Shown one piece after another: positions 62,444-64,000 of a stretch of 64,000 nucleotides of DNA. The notes under the pieces are model-generated. The model saw nothing but the letters and a program-made list of their open reading frames with translations, did not search any database and had not been told where the DNA came from. The translations under genes were made by a program, and so were the position numbers. The stretch comes from Enoplolaimus lenunculus (taxonomy: Eukaryota), in assembly GCA_030248215.1 (NCBI GenBank), contig JASANG010002430.1, positions 248,001 through 312,000 on the forward strand. The letters are read 5' to 3'. Every line of letters begins with the position of its first letter. The first letter of the stretch is position 1.

Positions 62444-64000
62444 GGAGACGTTGTTTATGATTTGTTAAACATAAACAAACAAGCTAACGAAACGATGTAT
62501 ATTATTCAAATTTATGTTAACATGTAATGATTATATTTGATGTCTCAAATATATTGAAAGCTAAAAATCAGTGGTTTGTTGAAGAATTTAGTTCAACTAT
62601 TTATTATCACAAAACAAAAGACATTACCGAGAAGCGAAGGTAAAAGCAATTTCAGGTGAAGCAAGCGGTGATTTGGCGAAATTTACAAGCAAAGTAGAAA
62701 CTATTTACCGGCGAACAATTTTCTATCGGGTCGTTGAATACCATTTGCTTGCTTGGTTACGATTTCGAAACTAAGTGACAGTCAATATTCAAGACTTGCC
62801 AACCTTAAGCCAATCTCTGCTTAAAAACCAAATCTTAGTTTAGCATTAGGGTATTAAGTTTAAGCCTAAATTTAAGAGCAAAAACCGCTAATATCAACGT
62901 TAGCTTTAAACCAGTGTTCTTTTAAATTTAAAACTTTTAATAATTTTTAGACGAATTTCAATTTTAAATTTTTCTGGGTTAAAAATTAAACTCTAAAGTC
63001 AATGGATACCGGATCCGGAACCAAAAGCAACCAATCTTAAATCAGTGTAGGCGTTGATGGTCTGGTAACTTAATACTTACTCATTTCAGCTTAATAGCGT
63101 TTTCTTAGTAATAAAGTGTCTAAAAATAACCTGTCATTATATATGTATATATTAGACTTAAGCATATGCTTATTCTTTTACAAAGGTTCAAGCTTAGATT
63201 TAGGAACATGCTTGTACAATGTCACGGCACTCATCTGTACTTTGGCCACTGTGTTTAACCAACTCTCTAGATGGCGATAGGTTGTATTAATTACTAATCT
63301 GTAAACAATTAATGAAATTTTTAGCAAAGCTACAGTAGTGCTTTAAGAAACACTTAAGCCGAAAAATTGGCTCTAGCTCCCTGTTGTACAACGCGGTAAA
63401 TTTTAAGTTTTCTGTAGTGCCCCGAATAAGAGGTGGAGACTGATATTCGTTTGGCCTCTCCATAGGGTACCGCCCTGTTATTTGGTTACGAACTGTAATT
63501 TATTTTAACCCACCCTCCGCTACCCTTCGTTACTGATATATCCGGTACTGCAACTATCCGTTGAATTAAATGTTCATTTGTCTTGCATTTGAAGCTTGTT
63601 CGATAATGCAAGGTTATACTCAGGAACAACTTTCAAAACTTAACTACGCTTTAAAGTTTCGAACTCAACTTAATTTGGTCCTGGACTCATTTACGCACAG
63701 CAATTAGAATTTATTGACATTTATGGAATCTAATTACGGTTTAGGAACTCTTCCCTTACGGACTTTTATTACTGATACAGACTCTTATTGATTGGGACTC
63801 AAAATGGGGACCCCCTCTTATTCGGGTCATAACAGTGCATTCAACAAGTCCAGCTCTAGCCCAACATTCTAGAGCGGCCTCAAGCTGCGTTTTCTTGTGT
63901 CTCCAGAAACCTTAGAAGGAGGAACATCTTCTGTATTTCTGTTCTCAAATACGCTGCTAAAAATTAGGGAGTTCGAAAAATTAATCTGGGATCGAAGCAC

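Overview
AT-rich, intron-containing animal genomic DNA, not prokaryotic. TTTCAG/TTTTAG splice acceptors, dispersed TTAGGC-like tracts and TWK/SPRR-type genes suggest a nematode (inference). I built the gene models by hand, and every splice junction is GT-AG and phase-consistent. Genes: (1) the last two exons of a receptor guanylyl cyclase (175-869, +); (2) a complete 8-exon, 1033-aa paralogous receptor guanylyl cyclase (4212-12121, +); (3) a 22-exon, 1926-aa Listerin/LTN1 E3 ligase (17288-39125, -); (4) a 3-exon, 913-aa two-pore K+ channel-like gene in which both selectivity filters are non-canonical (54565-59493, +); (5) a single-exon sex-peptide/MIP-receptor-like GPCR with a polyQ tail (60650-62443, -). 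Introns and intergenic DNA hold many MITEs (hAT-like, Harbinger-like, CACTG foldback), LINE, Penelope and Sola-like relics, a tRNA-derived SINE head and several minisatellites. The most notable item is gene 2. Its ectodomain is a bacterial-type PstS phosphate-binding-protein fold instead of the usual ANF-receptor domain, it has an altered anion pocket, and it sits next to a conserved tandem paralog. It is a candidate anion/phosphate-sensing cGMP receptor system.
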